A DNA stretch of 56,528 nucleotides from NCBI GenBank assembly GCA_003156235.1, contig PMGP01000449.1, forward strand, positions 1 through 56,528. The letters run 5' to 3'. The DNA is from Acidobacteriaceae bacterium. GTDB lineage: Bacteria > Acidobacteriota > Terriglobia > Terriglobales > Acidobacteriaceae. Made by a program: the position numbers and the translations under genes. Of the stretch, positions 17,611-27,282 are shown piece by piece (positions within the stretch are counted from its first letter, which is position 1; the number at the start of each line of letters is the position of its first letter). A model generated the notes under the pieces. It was given only the letters and a program-made list of their open reading frames with translations, ran no database searches and was not told the origin of the DNA.

Positions 17611-18308
17611 TGAGCACAACGGAAATCCATGCGCAGGTGAAGACTAGACTGGACGATGTGCGCTCCGTGCTTGCGCGCGAAATCACCGGCAATCAGGATG
17701 TATGCCTGACATGCAGCTTTCAGGCTGAAGACGTATTGCTCGCCAAACTGGCTATCGATTTGGATGCGAAGATTCCCATTCTGTTTTTGGATACGGGCTA
17801 CCACTTTGCCGAGACGTATGCCTATCGCGACCGCATTACAAGCGAGTGGCAATTGAATCTCATTAACCTTCTGCCGGCGCATACCGTAACCGATCAGGAG
17901 GCCGAGCACGGCCTGCTCTATCAATCCGCGCCGGATCAGTGTTGCAAGCTGCGCAAAGTTGAACCGCTCTTCAGGGCGGTCGCGGAATACCGCGTGTGGA
18001 TCACGGGCTTGCGCAGGGAGCAGGCAAAGAGCCGGGCTGGACTTGATGAGTCGGCGCTCTTTACGCTTCCCGGCGGCAGTCAGGTGCTCAAGCTCGCGCC
18101 TCTGGCTGCGTGGACGACTCGCGATGTGTGGTATGCCTGCGAAGTTCTATCGATTCCGCTGCTGCCGCTCTATGAGCGCGGCTACTCGTCCATCGGCTGC
18201 GAACCTTGCACGACGCTTCCGCAGGATCCCAACGATCCGCGCTCCGGTCGTTGGGCTGGCCGCAAGGTTGAATGCGGCATTCATATCGAAGCCGCACCCG
18301 TGAAATAG
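17610..18308 (+). CDS. cysH: CysH-family reductase, [4Fe-4S] APS-reductase type
   Basis: LDTGYHF, CCKLRKVEPL, TGLRREQ, SIGCEPC, RSGRW, ECGIH. Confidence 0.93.
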   Translation: MSTTEIHAQVKTRLDDVRSVLAREITGNQDVCLTCSFQAEDVLLAKLAIDLDAKIPILFLDTGYHFAETYAYRDRITSEWQLNLINLLPAHTVTDQEAEHGLLYQSAPDQCCKLRKVEPLFRAVAEYRVWITGLRREQAKSRAGLDESALFTLPGGSQVLKLAPLAAWTTRDVWYACEVLSIPLLPLYERGYSSIGCEPCTTLPQDPNDPRSGRWAGRKVECGIHIEAAPVK

Positions 18309-18336
18309 GACGAGCAGGCAACTGCAAGGAGGCTGG

Positions 18337-19185
18337 ATGCAATATATCATCGGATTTATCATCGCGATGTTTATCGCGCTCACCGGGGTTGGCGCGGGCA
18401 CCATGACTGTGCCGGTTCTGGTATTGTTTCTCGGAGTTCCCGCGCCGGTTGCTGTCAGCATTGGCTTGATGTTCGCCACCGTGGTCAAATTGATTCTGGT
18501 GCCGGCGCAGATTGCCCGCCGCAACGTGGTCTGGCGGACGCTCGGATTCATGCTTCTGGGCGGCGCGCCCGGCGTCATCGTCGGGTCGCTGTTTCTGATA
18601 CATCTGGTGAACGCCGGCTCGCAGAACCTGCTCAACTCGATTCTTGGATTGATTCTGGTGACTACGGCGGGTTGGCAGATCTTCTTTTCCTTCCGTCCCA
18701 TGAGAAAGAATCCGCAGCCTCCGGATCGCTCTCCACTGCTGCCGTGGCTGATGCTCCCCGTCGGCGCCGAGGTGGGCTTCTCCTCGGCCGGCGCGGGCGC
18801 TCTCGGCTCGGCGGCATTGCTCAGCCTGACGCTTTTGACGCCCGCGCAGGTCGTCGGCACCGACATCGCCTTCGGCTTCGTCATCTCGATGATCGGCAGC
18901 GGCGCACATTGGTTCTCGCACGCCTCCAACCCGGAGTTGCTGATGCACCTGATTGTTGGCGGCGTCGCCGGCGCCATTGTTGGAACGCTGCTCAGCACCC
19001 GCGTCCCGCGCCGACAATTGCGTTTTGCCCTCTGGGTCTGGCTTCTGATCCTCGGGGGACAATTTCTCTTCAACAGCTATCATGTCTGGACCGCACCGCA
19101 CAAGGAAACAGTCAGCGAATTCCAGCACGATTCATCGAAGCTGGAAAAATGGAGCTTCATTGACACCGTTTCCAAGAAAGTCTGA
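18337..19185 (+). CDS. TauE/SafE-family (sulfite exporter / sulfur anion transporter) membrane protein
   Basis: LTGVGAG..P, VGFSSAGAG, VVGTD; about 8 hydrophobic helices; last gene of the cys operon. Confidence 0.88.
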   Translation: MQYIIGFIIAMFIALTGVGAGTMTVPVLVLFLGVPAPVAVSIGLMFATVVKLILVPAQIARRNVVWRTLGFMLLGGAPGVIVGSLFLIHLVNAGSQNLLNSILGLILVTTAGWQIFFSFRPMRKNPQPPDRSPLLPWLMLPVGAEVGFSSAGAGALGSAALLSLTLLTPAQVVGTDIAFGFVISMIGSGAHWFSHASNPELLMHLIVGGVAGAIVGTLLSTRVPRRQLRFALWVWLLILGGQFLFNSYHVWTAPHKETVSEFQHDSSKLEKWSFIDTVSKKV

Positions 19186-19411
19186 CATCGAAGCGTCCCT
19201 GAATCGATTGAAACTGAAGGCAGGGCTAAGCTATAGAGCTCGACCCAGTAATGATGCCATGGTATTCGCGGCGAATGTAGACGAAACCGTAGCGGCCAAA
19301 TCACCCTGGAGCAATTCAGAACCACTACTTTCAACAATATGGCCGCAATGCATTCAATCTAAAACAGTTATTTTCACACGATTTCAACAGATTTCAATAA
19401 GCGGCAAAAAC

Positions 19412-19425
19412 TGGTTCGGGACCAG
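19412..19425 (+). repeat. 14-bp direct repeat of the tRNA-Pro anticodon arm (TGGTTCGGGACCAG), possible att core
   Basis: Identical to 1937-1950. AATCAATAACTTA also occurs near both copies (1911-1923, 19453-19465). Confidence 0.65.
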
Positions 19426-19519
19426 AGTCCCTACCACTTGCAGACCTCATAAAATCAATAACTTACGGTAATTCGCTTGTTGAAGGTTGTGGATTCTTGA
19501 GGAGATTGCAGCTACAGAG

Positions 19520-20074
19520 TCATCTACATTGCCCCAGTGACCGCCCTTGATTCTTGTTAATCAGCCGCTTATGGTCGAGGTAATCGAAGGGCCGACCCTC
19601 TGGGTTGATCAATGGAGTTGCGCCTTCCGTCGAGGCGCATGTGCGTTCATACGCAGTCTTCGCATCCGTCCAATTTCCTCTTGACGCTTCTATTTCTCCG
19701 CGCAGGAGATGGGCTCGGCATGGAATAGGAAAGGACATAGCTGTCATATCAATTAACGCCTGATCGTATTCGTCGAGTTCAAAATGAGCACGCGCACACA
19801 AGAAGTGCGCATCGTTTGAAGATTGGCCGGCGGCCAAATTCTGAACCACCAGTTCACCAACGCGAGAGGCGAGGCGACACTCCCCGGTGTCGACGAACTG
19901 CTCGGCCATTGCGCAGAGAGCCGGGGCGTCTCGCTCTTCGGCGAGATCAACGATAGCCATGAGGGCGTGGTCATCCAAGATCGCCAAGTTAGCCAGAAGC
20001 TTCCACTCAAGCTCGCCTATAGTAAACGTAAAAATGCTGTAGTGTGAGAGTGCGGCAGAATGCCGCACTCTCAC
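19520..20074 (-). CDS. Hypothetical TPR-like protein or gene fragment
   Basis: AHFLCARAHFELDEYDQAL and AHLLRGEI...GNW.DA...Y resemble TPRs; start unclear. Confidence 0.4.
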   Translation of the reverse strand: MRVRHSAALSHYSIFTFTIGELEWKLLANLAILDDHALMAIVDLAEERDAPALCAMAEQFVDTGECRLASRVGELVVQNLAAGQSSNDAHFLCARAHFELDEYDQALIDMTAMSFPIPCRAHLLRGEIEASRGNWTDAKTAYERTCASTEGATPLINPEGRPFDYLDHKRLINKNQGRSLGQCR

Positions 20075-20088
20075 GGTTGAAAATGCGT

Positions 20089-23000
20089 TTAGAAGACAAA
20101 CTTGCCAGCAAATTGGATTAGACGCGGATTGTTCATCTGGCCGGTAATCTCGCCCAAATGCGCAGCCCCGACGGTGTTGGCCGGAGGGTTGAACTGGACG
20201 CGGTTGAACACGTTGAAGATCTCAGTCCTGAATTCGAAGCCGATCTTGTTGCCAGGGCCGAAGTTGGTGTGCTTGAAGGCGGCAAAGTCCCAGTTGGCGA
20301 TGCCGTCGGCCTTAAGAGTGGAGTCAACGCGCGACTCATTGCCGAAGGTGTACGCCGCCGGCGTGGTGAAGCAAGCCCCGTTGATCCAGCCTTGTCCGCC
20401 AAGCGTGAGGCCGTTCTTGACGCGAGCGCTGGCGCTGCCGCCGGTTGCCTTATTGCAGCCGGAGACGACGTTGGGACGCAGGCCAGGAGCGCCAAAGTAA
20501 TTCGCGCCGCTAACGTTGGCCGAGCTGATGTTGACGGGAAAGCCGGTCTGCAATGTGGTGACGCCGTCAATTCCCCAGCCGCCCACCACCTTGTCAACCA
20601 AGGGAGAGGCGTCGTGGAGGAACTTCTTGTTCTTGCCCAACGGGAGGTCGAGGACATAGCTGACAATCAGGTGCTGCGGAACGTTCTGCGAGGAGATTGA
20701 CTTCTCACCCCGGAGGTTGTTCGCGTCCTGAATGCCACCTTTGCCACCGGTCTCCAGCCAGGAGGTGATGGTGTCAGTGTTGCTGAGCAGCTTCGCCCAG
20801 GTATAGGCAGCCAACAGAGTACCGCCGCCGTTGAAGCGCTTCTGCAACGTTGCCTGAAGCGAGTTATAGGTGCTGGAGAAGACTCCCGCGCCGGCATATT
20901 GCAGGCCAGCGTACTGCGGGAAGGGACGCAGCAACTGTCCCACGTTGGTTGTGGCTGACGACAGCTGGCTGCCGGGTGCCGAGATGCTCTGGAATGGGTT
21001 AGCAACGGACTGGGCAATTGCCGCCGCAGACGCGAGACCGCCGCCGGCGGCGGCTTGCGTTGCCGCCTGGGCGAGGTAGCTGTCGGCCAACTGGCCAACT
21101 TCCAGGTTGTAGGCAGGCAGGTGCGTGCCCTTGTTGGCGGCAAAGGCTACGTCAGCAAACCATCCGCCCCAGAGCGTGCGCTGGATATCGAGGTTGTACT
21201 GCTGCATATAGCCGTAGTTGTACGCTGGATTCTCGAAGGTGGGGTTGGAAGTGCCCTCCTCATCAATGGAAACCTGCGGCAAGCCGGTGGGGCCATTGAT
21301 GGATGCGCCGGGAGGCTGAACAAAATTGAGCCACGGCGTCTGCACGGTGTTGGTGGGAACCTGCGTGCTGCCATTGTTTCCGATGTAGTCGGTGGAGATG
21401 GCGTTAGCTTCGTCATTGAGGGGATTCGTGGCCCAGCTGGCGTCGAGCGGAATCCAGAACACTCCGTATCCGCCGCGCAGCACGGTCTTGGCATCGATGG
21501 AGTAGGCGAAACCGATACGGGGAGCCATACCGGCCCGGTTGGGATTCAAATTGTAGCGGCTGCTGTGTCCTGGAGTGTCTACCAGTCCAACCGCGCCGAG
21601 GGGGGCCGACGTAGGTCCTCCCGCCAGGCCCACCGCTGTCGCGGCAACCTGATCAACCGCGCTGGGATCGAAGTAGGATTGGCGGTTATGACGCTCGGTC
21701 CACGGACTCTGGTACTCATAACGCAGTCCCAGGTTCAGTGTCAGCTTGGAACTGGCATGGTAGGTGTCGTTGATAAAGAAGGAGCTCATCGTCTGTTTTC
21801 CCAGCACCAGGTTGGGAATCACAGCGGTGCCGAAGAAGTGGTTGCCGGTTTGCTGGCCCGCGCTGCCGCCCCATCCCAACAGGTAATCTGCCAGGCCAAA
21901 CTGGGTTCCGTTACCAATCGGAGCGTTGCCGGATGCGGTGGGATTGGTGGTAGTGTTGTAGTCCTCGGTGAAGGATCCGCCGAAGCCGATGCAGCCGCTG
22001 ACGATATTGCTCTGGGCGTAATCGTCCAGAGTGATTTCATACTGGATGCCTGTCTGGACGGTGTGACGCCCCCTGAACAGGGTGACCGAGGGCGCTATCC
22101 AGTATTGGGTATCGTGATCGACGATATAGCTCTGTCCCTGGGTGCTGGTCAGATCGTCGGACTCACCCTGGATGACCATCGTCGGCGGCGTTCTTTCCGA
22201 AGCGGACAACTGGGCGTTGAACGCTGCTGGCCAACCGATGGTGGAGAAATCAAATCCCGAGTTCTTGGGAGTGCGCAGGTAGTTGAAGCGGGAGGCCGAA
22301 ATGTCCAAGTTGCCAATGACCGTTGGCGTGAAGATGTAGTTGTAGCCGAGGGCGAGTCCCTTGGAGGTCATGGTCTCGGTGCAGCGATCCAGACACATAC
22401 CCTTGCCTTCCGGATCCTCGGGTTGATTCAGGTTGTTCCATTGGCTGAAGCGGCCAAACAAGTTCTGCTTTTCGTTGATCTTCTGATCTATGCGCACGAG
22501 GTTCTGGTTCTGATTGCCGCCCAGTGCGTAACTGCCCACGAAGTTGTTGACCTGGATGTTTTTGTTTGTCGCAGCGGGAAAGAGGATTGGCAACAGCTTC
22601 TGTGCCGTCAGATTGAGGCGGTTTGCCGGAATCGTGAGCCAGTTGCTGGTGCCGGCGAATTGAGAGGGATGGTAGCTGTTCACTTTGCAGCCGCCATTTC
22701 CCAGCCCGGATGAGCCGGTCATAACGTTGCCGCCGCAGGGGTCGACGATCGCCGGGATGCCCAGGGCGCCTGCAAGGTTTGTCAGGTCGACAGGACCTCC
22801 GCTGGCCACGGCAGATTGAATGGCGTCCGTTGGGACCGTATCCGTCCAAGGCGCCGAGGAGCGCAGCCGGAAGGCCTCTATGCTGTAAAAGAAGAATGTC
22901 CGGTCCTTCCAGATCCTGCCACCGACGTTGCCGCCATACTGATTCTGAATCCAAGGCGCTCTGGCGAGTTTGGGACTTGCGTTGTTGGAGAACCAGTCGT

Positions 23001-23832
23001 TGGCGTTGAGCACCTTGTTGCGGATGTACTCATAAGCCTCGCCGTGGAACCTGTTGGTGCCGCTCTTGGTGCTCAGGTTGAGTACGCCGCCGGCCACCTT
23101 GCCCCACTCCGGGCCGATGTTGTTGGTCTGAACCTTGAATTCCCCAATGGAGTCCTGCGTGGGAATCAAGATAGGCAGGTTGATGTATCCGATGTTGAGA
23201 GGCTGGCCATCCAGATATTCAGCGCTTTGATTGGCGAATGCGCCGCCGATCTGGAAGTTGCCCCAGGAGAATGGGTTCTGCCCGGTCGCCGTGGCGCCGG
23301 CCTGGCCCTGCATGACCACCGAAGGAGCGACTTCGACGAGCGAGAAGACGTTGCGGCCGTTGAGCGGAAGCTCATCGACGTTGCGCTGTTCCACCACCTG
23401 GCCCAGCGAGGAAGTCTCCGCCTGCAGCAGCGGGACATCGCCGGTAACCGTGATGGTTTCGTCCTTGCCGCCGACTGAAAGGGTAATGTCTACCCTGACT
23501 GTCTGCTGAACGAAGATGTCGATGTTTTCCCGGTTTACGCGCTTGAATCCCGGCTTTTCAATGGTAAGGCGATAGTTGCCGGGGATGAGGTTCACAAAGG
23601 AATACAGCCCGGTGTCGCCGGTGGGCTGCGTTTGGCTGACGGCTGTTCCGTTGTTGGTGAGTGTGACGATGGCGCCGACTTCCACCGCGCCGGTCGAGTC
23701 GACGACCGTGCCGGTGAGGGCGCCGTAGGTTGACTGTGCTCTCAGAGCAACAGTGCAAGACAAGAGGAGAATGATGCTCAACAGGCCGCGCAGGAACGCC
23801 CGGCCCAAGGTCGCACTTCTCGATTGTGACAT
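20089..23832 (-). CDS. TonB-dependent receptor, Oar-like, with carboxypeptidase-regulatory-like N-domain (TBDR1)
   Basis: Signal peptide, GTVVDSTGA, LPLNGRN, TKSGTN.FHG, LTLNLGLRYE, C-terminal PRLIQFAGKFVF; GGAGG RBS before 23832. Confidence 0.92.
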   Translation of the reverse strand: MSQSRSATLGRAFLRGLLSIILLLSCTVALRAQSTYGALTGTVVDSTGAVEVGAIVTLTNNGTAVSQTQPTGDTGLYSFVNLIPGNYRLTIEKPGFKRVNRENIDIFVQQTVRVDITLSVGGKDETITVTGDVPLLQAETSSLGQVVEQRNVDELPLNGRNVFSLVEVAPSVVMQGQAGATATGQNPFSWGNFQIGGAFANQSAEYLDGQPLNIGYINLPILIPTQDSIGEFKVQTNNIGPEWGKVAGGVLNLSTKSGTNRFHGEAYEYIRNKVLNANDWFSNNASPKLARAPWIQNQYGGNVGGRIWKDRTFFFYSIEAFRLRSSAPWTDTVPTDAIQSAVASGGPVDLTNLAGALGIPAIVDPCGGNVMTGSSGLGNGGCKVNSYHPSQFAGTSNWLTIPANRLNLTAQKLLPILFPAATNKNIQVNNFVGSYALGGNQNQNLVRIDQKINEKQNLFGRFSQWNNLNQPEDPEGKGMCLDRCTETMTSKGLALGYNYIFTPTVIGNLDISASRFNYLRTPKNSGFDFSTIGWPAAFNAQLSASERTPPTMVIQGESDDLTSTQGQSYIVDHDTQYWIAPSVTLFRGRHTVQTGIQYEITLDDYAQSNIVSGCIGFGGSFTEDYNTTTNPTASGNAPIGNGTQFGLADYLLGWGGSAGQQTGNHFFGTAVIPNLVLGKQTMSSFFINDTYHASSKLTLNLGLRYEYQSPWTERHNRQSYFDPSAVDQVAATAVGLAGGPTSAPLGAVGLVDTPGHSSRYNLNPNRAGMAPRIGFAYSIDAKTVLRGGYGVFWIPLDASWATNPLNDEANAISTDYIGNNGSTQVPTNTVQTPWLNFVQPPGASINGPTGLPQVSIDEEGTSNPTFENPAYNYGYMQQYNLDIQRTLWGGWFADVAFAANKGTHLPAYNLEVGQLADSYLAQAATQAAAGGGLASAAAIAQSVANPFQSISAPGSQLSSATTNVGQLLRPFPQYAGLQYAGAGVFSSTYNSLQATLQKRFNGGGTLLAAYTWAKLLSNTDTITSWLETGGKGGIQDANNLRGEKSISSQNVPQHLIVSYVLDLPLGKNKKFLHDASPLVDKVVGGWGIDGVTTLQTGFPVNISSANVSGANYFGAPGLRPNVVSGCNKATGGSASARVKNGLTLGGQGWINGACFTTPAAYTFGNESRVDSTLKADGIANWDFAAFKHTNFGPGNKIGFEFRTEIFNVFNRVQFNPPANTVGAAHLGEITGQMNNPRLIQFAGKFVF

Positions 23833-23946
23833 AGTGCCTCCGTAATGTTCTTCTGTTGTGGAGCGCATACGAAGAGTACACACTCCACACAGAGGCTTAC
23901 GGGGAAACCAGGGTATTTGTACCAGAATTTGGCGCGAATTGTGCGT

Positions 23947-25344
23947 TCATTTCCGGGATGCGGCCTGAAAGAGCGCGTATTCCCGCTTGGCGTCGGCGGT
24001 GCGGCCGGAAAGCGTATAGAGATGCATCAGCCGGTAGTGGACAAGCTTATCGGGGTTGGGCTCCCGCTCTGCCGCGACCAGTATACGGATGGCAGCATCC
24101 TGATGGCCCAATTTCTGATCTGCCTCGGCCAGGTTCAGGCTGGCCCACTGGGGCGGAAGTTCGCTGCGCATCCGGGGCTCAAGAAAATCTTTTACCGCGG
24201 AGTATTGCTCCATGTGCAGCATGCACCGGCTCAGATGCGCAGCCGCCCGCTCATCCGCCGGATAAACAGCGAGTTGTTGACGGAACGCTTCTGCAGCCGC
24301 TTCCCACTCCTCCCGCTTCTCGCGCAGTAATCCAAGGCTGTAGCGGAGATCGGAGAGGTCGGGATGCTCGCGCATAAGGCGCTCATATTCCGCCGCTGCC
24401 TCATCCGCGTGACCCTGGTCGGCCAGCATATCCGCTTGAAACTGTTCCAGGTATGGCGAAGCGGGGAAACGCTCCTGGCAGACCTCGATCTGGCGCATGC
24501 CCTCTTCGGTGCTCAAAATCGATAGCAGGTAAAGTAGGGCTATGTCCTGCGGATGCTGCCGCCAGCGCTCCACGGCATCGGACCAACTCAGATCCGGCTG
24601 AAAATATGGCGAGAGCCGCGCCGCTTCAGGGAATGCGCTGCGCGCTCCCTCCGACCCTGCGGTCGAGGCTTCCCTCAGCGCTTGAAGAAACGGTTCCGAG
24701 CCTTGCGCTTTGCTCAACTTGCCGGCAAAAAACTGTCCGCTGAGCATATAAGATTTGCCCAGCTGCATGAGGGCCAGATCCGCCGGGTAGTCTTTACTGT
24801 CCAGTAACGCCTGGTAGACAACCGCGGATTCAACCGGCTCGTCGATATCCAGAAAGCATGGAGCTACCGCCGAGAGCACGCGAAGATTCTTCCTTTCCTC
24901 GCGAAATATTTTGCCCAGCATGGGTCTGGCGCCATCCACGTCGCCCATGGCGCATTTTTCCTCGGCCAGCAGCGCATAAGTCTCCGGAACATACCCCTGC
25001 TTCAGCGCCAGTGAGTAATAGCGCATGGCGTCCGCCGCCCGCCCTTGCATTTGCAGGCTGAGCCCCAGGCCGGTCAGTACTCCGGCAGATGATGGAGCCT
25101 GCGCGAGTGCCTTGCGATAGAACTGTTCGGCGGCGGAGTATTGGTTGGCCTCCATGGCCTCACGTGCGGATTGAAGCGCGGATTGCTGTTGGGCCTGCGT
25201 CGGGTTTGCGCTCGACGCAATCAACACCAGCAGAAGCGCCGCCGGAAGTTGCTTGCGGAATAAGAATGACAGTTGCAAATAATTTTCGCGCATAACGGCC
25301 AGTCTCACCCCGGCTCTTCGGGCATGTCTGTAGAACCCGCGCAT
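23947..25344 (-). CDS. Exported tetratricopeptide-repeat protein
   Basis: Signal-like N-terminus and multiple TPR helices; true start probably downstream of 25344. Confidence 0.8.
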   Translation of the reverse strand: MRGFYRHARRAGVRLAVMRENYLQLSFLFRKQLPAALLLVLIASSANPTQAQQQSALQSAREAMEANQYSAAEQFYRKALAQAPSSAGVLTGLGLSLQMQGRAADAMRYYSLALKQGYVPETYALLAEEKCAMGDVDGARPMLGKIFREERKNLRVLSAVAPCFLDIDEPVESAVVYQALLDSKDYPADLALMQLGKSYMLSGQFFAGKLSKAQGSEPFLQALREASTAGSEGARSAFPEAARLSPYFQPDLSWSDAVERWRQHPQDIALLYLLSILSTEEGMRQIEVCQERFPASPYLEQFQADMLADQGHADEAAAEYERLMREHPDLSDLRYSLGLLREKREEWEAAAEAFRQQLAVYPADERAAAHLSRCMLHMEQYSAVKDFLEPRMRSELPPQWASLNLAEADQKLGHQDAAIRILVAAEREPNPDKLVHYRLMHLYTLSGRTADAKREYALFQAASRK

Positions 25345-25527
25345 GGAATGTTTCCTTCAAAAAGGCGGGAGTGAAGAACCCTCCATAGCTTCCTCCGGGG
25401 GGCCTGTGTTGTCAAGCAGAACGAAGTGAACTGCGGCCTTCCGCTTCAAGACGCTCCACTCCCGGCGCGTATGATAATCTTCGTTTGATGAGTTTCGGTG
25501 CGGCGTTGAGCGGCATGGGTGAGACGA

Positions 25528-27276
25528 ATGAAGCAGTCGCGGCGGGCATTTTTGTTGAGCACGTTGAATGCCGCCGCGGCCACGGCATTGGCGCAAGGCG
25601 TCGTCGCGCACAAAAACGCCGCTTTGCCGCGGGGCAAGAGATCCGGCTTGCCCTACAACGCCCATTTTGTCGAAGTGGCGCGAAAAGCTGGAATTGATCA
25701 CCCGGTTCTCTACGGCTCCCAAAATCCCAAGAACTACATTCTCGAATCGATTGGCTGCGGATGCGCCTTTCTGGATTACGACAACGACGGCTGGGTCGAT
25801 ATTCTGGTGCTGGGCGGGAACAGGTTCGCAGACCCTGAACCTGGCGTCACCAACCGTCTTTACCATAACAATCGCGATGGCACGTTTCGCGACGTCACCA
25901 TCGAAGCCGGACTTACCAAGACCGGCTGGGCCAGCGGCGTATGCGTCGGCGATTATAACAACGATGGTTTCGACGATATCTTCCTGACTTATTGGGGGCA
26001 AAACGTACTCTATCGCAACAACGGGAACGGAACTTTCACCGACGTAACGCGCGAGGCCGGATTGCTGGGTCCTGCGACTCGCTACGGGACCGGATGCGCG
26101 TTCCTGGATTACAACCGGGATGGACATCTCGACCTGTTTGTATCCAATTACGTGGGCTTCGACTATGGCACGACGCCACGTCCGGGAGAAAAATCTTACT
26201 GCTACTTTCTTAACCTGCCTGTCAATTGCGGACCTCGCGGCTTGCCTTTCGGCCAGCACAGCCTCTATCGCAATAACGGCAACGGAACATTCACCGACGT
26301 GAGTCAGGCGGCGGGAATCTCCAACGCGCGCAGCAACTACGGCCTCACCGTGGTGGCCGGCGATTTCGACGACGATGGATGGCCGGACATCTATGTGGCC
26401 TGCGACTCCAGCCCCAGCCTGCTGTTCATGAACAACCACGATGGCACATTCAGCGAGGAAGGCGGAGTGCGCGGCGTTGCATATAGCGAGGATGGCCAGG
26501 AGCAGGCAGGCATGGGATTAGCCGTCGCCGACTACGACGGCAGCGGCCATCTGGGTATTTTCAAGACAAACTTCGGAGGCGACCTTCCCGTGCTCTACCG
26601 GAATCTTGGCAAGGCGGTCTTCGAAGATGCCACGCGCGAAAGCGGCCTGGCGGTGGACAACCGTTTCGTCTGCTGGGGAACGGGCCTTGAGGACTTCGAC
26701 AATGATGGATGGCCGGATATTCCCATCGCCACAGGCCATATTTATCCCGAACTCGAAAGCCGCTATCCCGATTCTCCTTACAAGAGTCCGCTCCTGCTTT
26801 ATCGCAACCTGGGCCACGGCCATTTTGAGGAGTTATTTGATGAAGCCGGCACTGCCATTCTGGAGCCGCATTCCAGCAGAGGAATGGCCTTTGGGGATTT
26901 CGACAACGATGGCGACATCGATATACTCGTGGTGAATCTGGGCGAGCCGCCCTCGCTGTTCAGGAACGACGTCCCTGGAAAAAATCACTGGATCAAAATA
27001 AGGCTGGAGGGCACAGTCTCCAATCGCTCGGCAATTGGCGCGCGCATCGAAGTTCTAGCGGGGGGAGCCAAGCAGATGAAGGAGCTGCAAAGCCAGTCCA
27101 GTTTTCTCTCTTGCAATGATTTCCGGCTTCATTTCGGATTGAGCGGCGCGCTGTTGGCCGATGTCTCCGTTCGCTGGCCAAACGGCAAGCGTCAGTCCCT
27201 GACCGCGCTCAAGGCGGATCAGCTATACACCATCAGGGAAGGCGCGGGCATTGTTGCCAATCGCGGCTGGAAATGA
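25528..27276 (+). CDS. CRTAC1-family protein (FG-GAP/VCBS repeats plus ASPIC/UnbV domain), Tat-like signal
   Basis: Repeated D[YF]DNDG..D and LY.N.G.GTF.DV; SNRSAIGA, RLHFGL, VRWP; SRRAFL twin-arginine motif. Confidence 0.92.
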   Translation: MKQSRRAFLLSTLNAAAATALAQGVVAHKNAALPRGKRSGLPYNAHFVEVARKAGIDHPVLYGSQNPKNYILESIGCGCAFLDYDNDGWVDILVLGGNRFADPEPGVTNRLYHNNRDGTFRDVTIEAGLTKTGWASGVCVGDYNNDGFDDIFLTYWGQNVLYRNNGNGTFTDVTREAGLLGPATRYGTGCAFLDYNRDGHLDLFVSNYVGFDYGTTPRPGEKSYCYFLNLPVNCGPRGLPFGQHSLYRNNGNGTFTDVSQAAGISNARSNYGLTVVAGDFDDDGWPDIYVACDSSPSLLFMNNHDGTFSEEGGVRGVAYSEDGQEQAGMGLAVADYDGSGHLGIFKTNFGGDLPVLYRNLGKAVFEDATRESGLAVDNRFVCWGTGLEDFDNDGWPDIPIATGHIYPELESRYPDSPYKSPLLLYRNLGHGHFEELFDEAGTAILEPHSSRGMAFGDFDNDGDIDILVVNLGEPPSLFRNDVPGKNHWIKIRLEGTVSNRSAIGARIEVLAGGAKQMKELQSQSSFLSCNDFRLHFGLSGALLADVSVRWPNGKRQSLTALKADQLYTIREGAGIVANRGWK

Positions 27277-27282
27277 CCGCCG

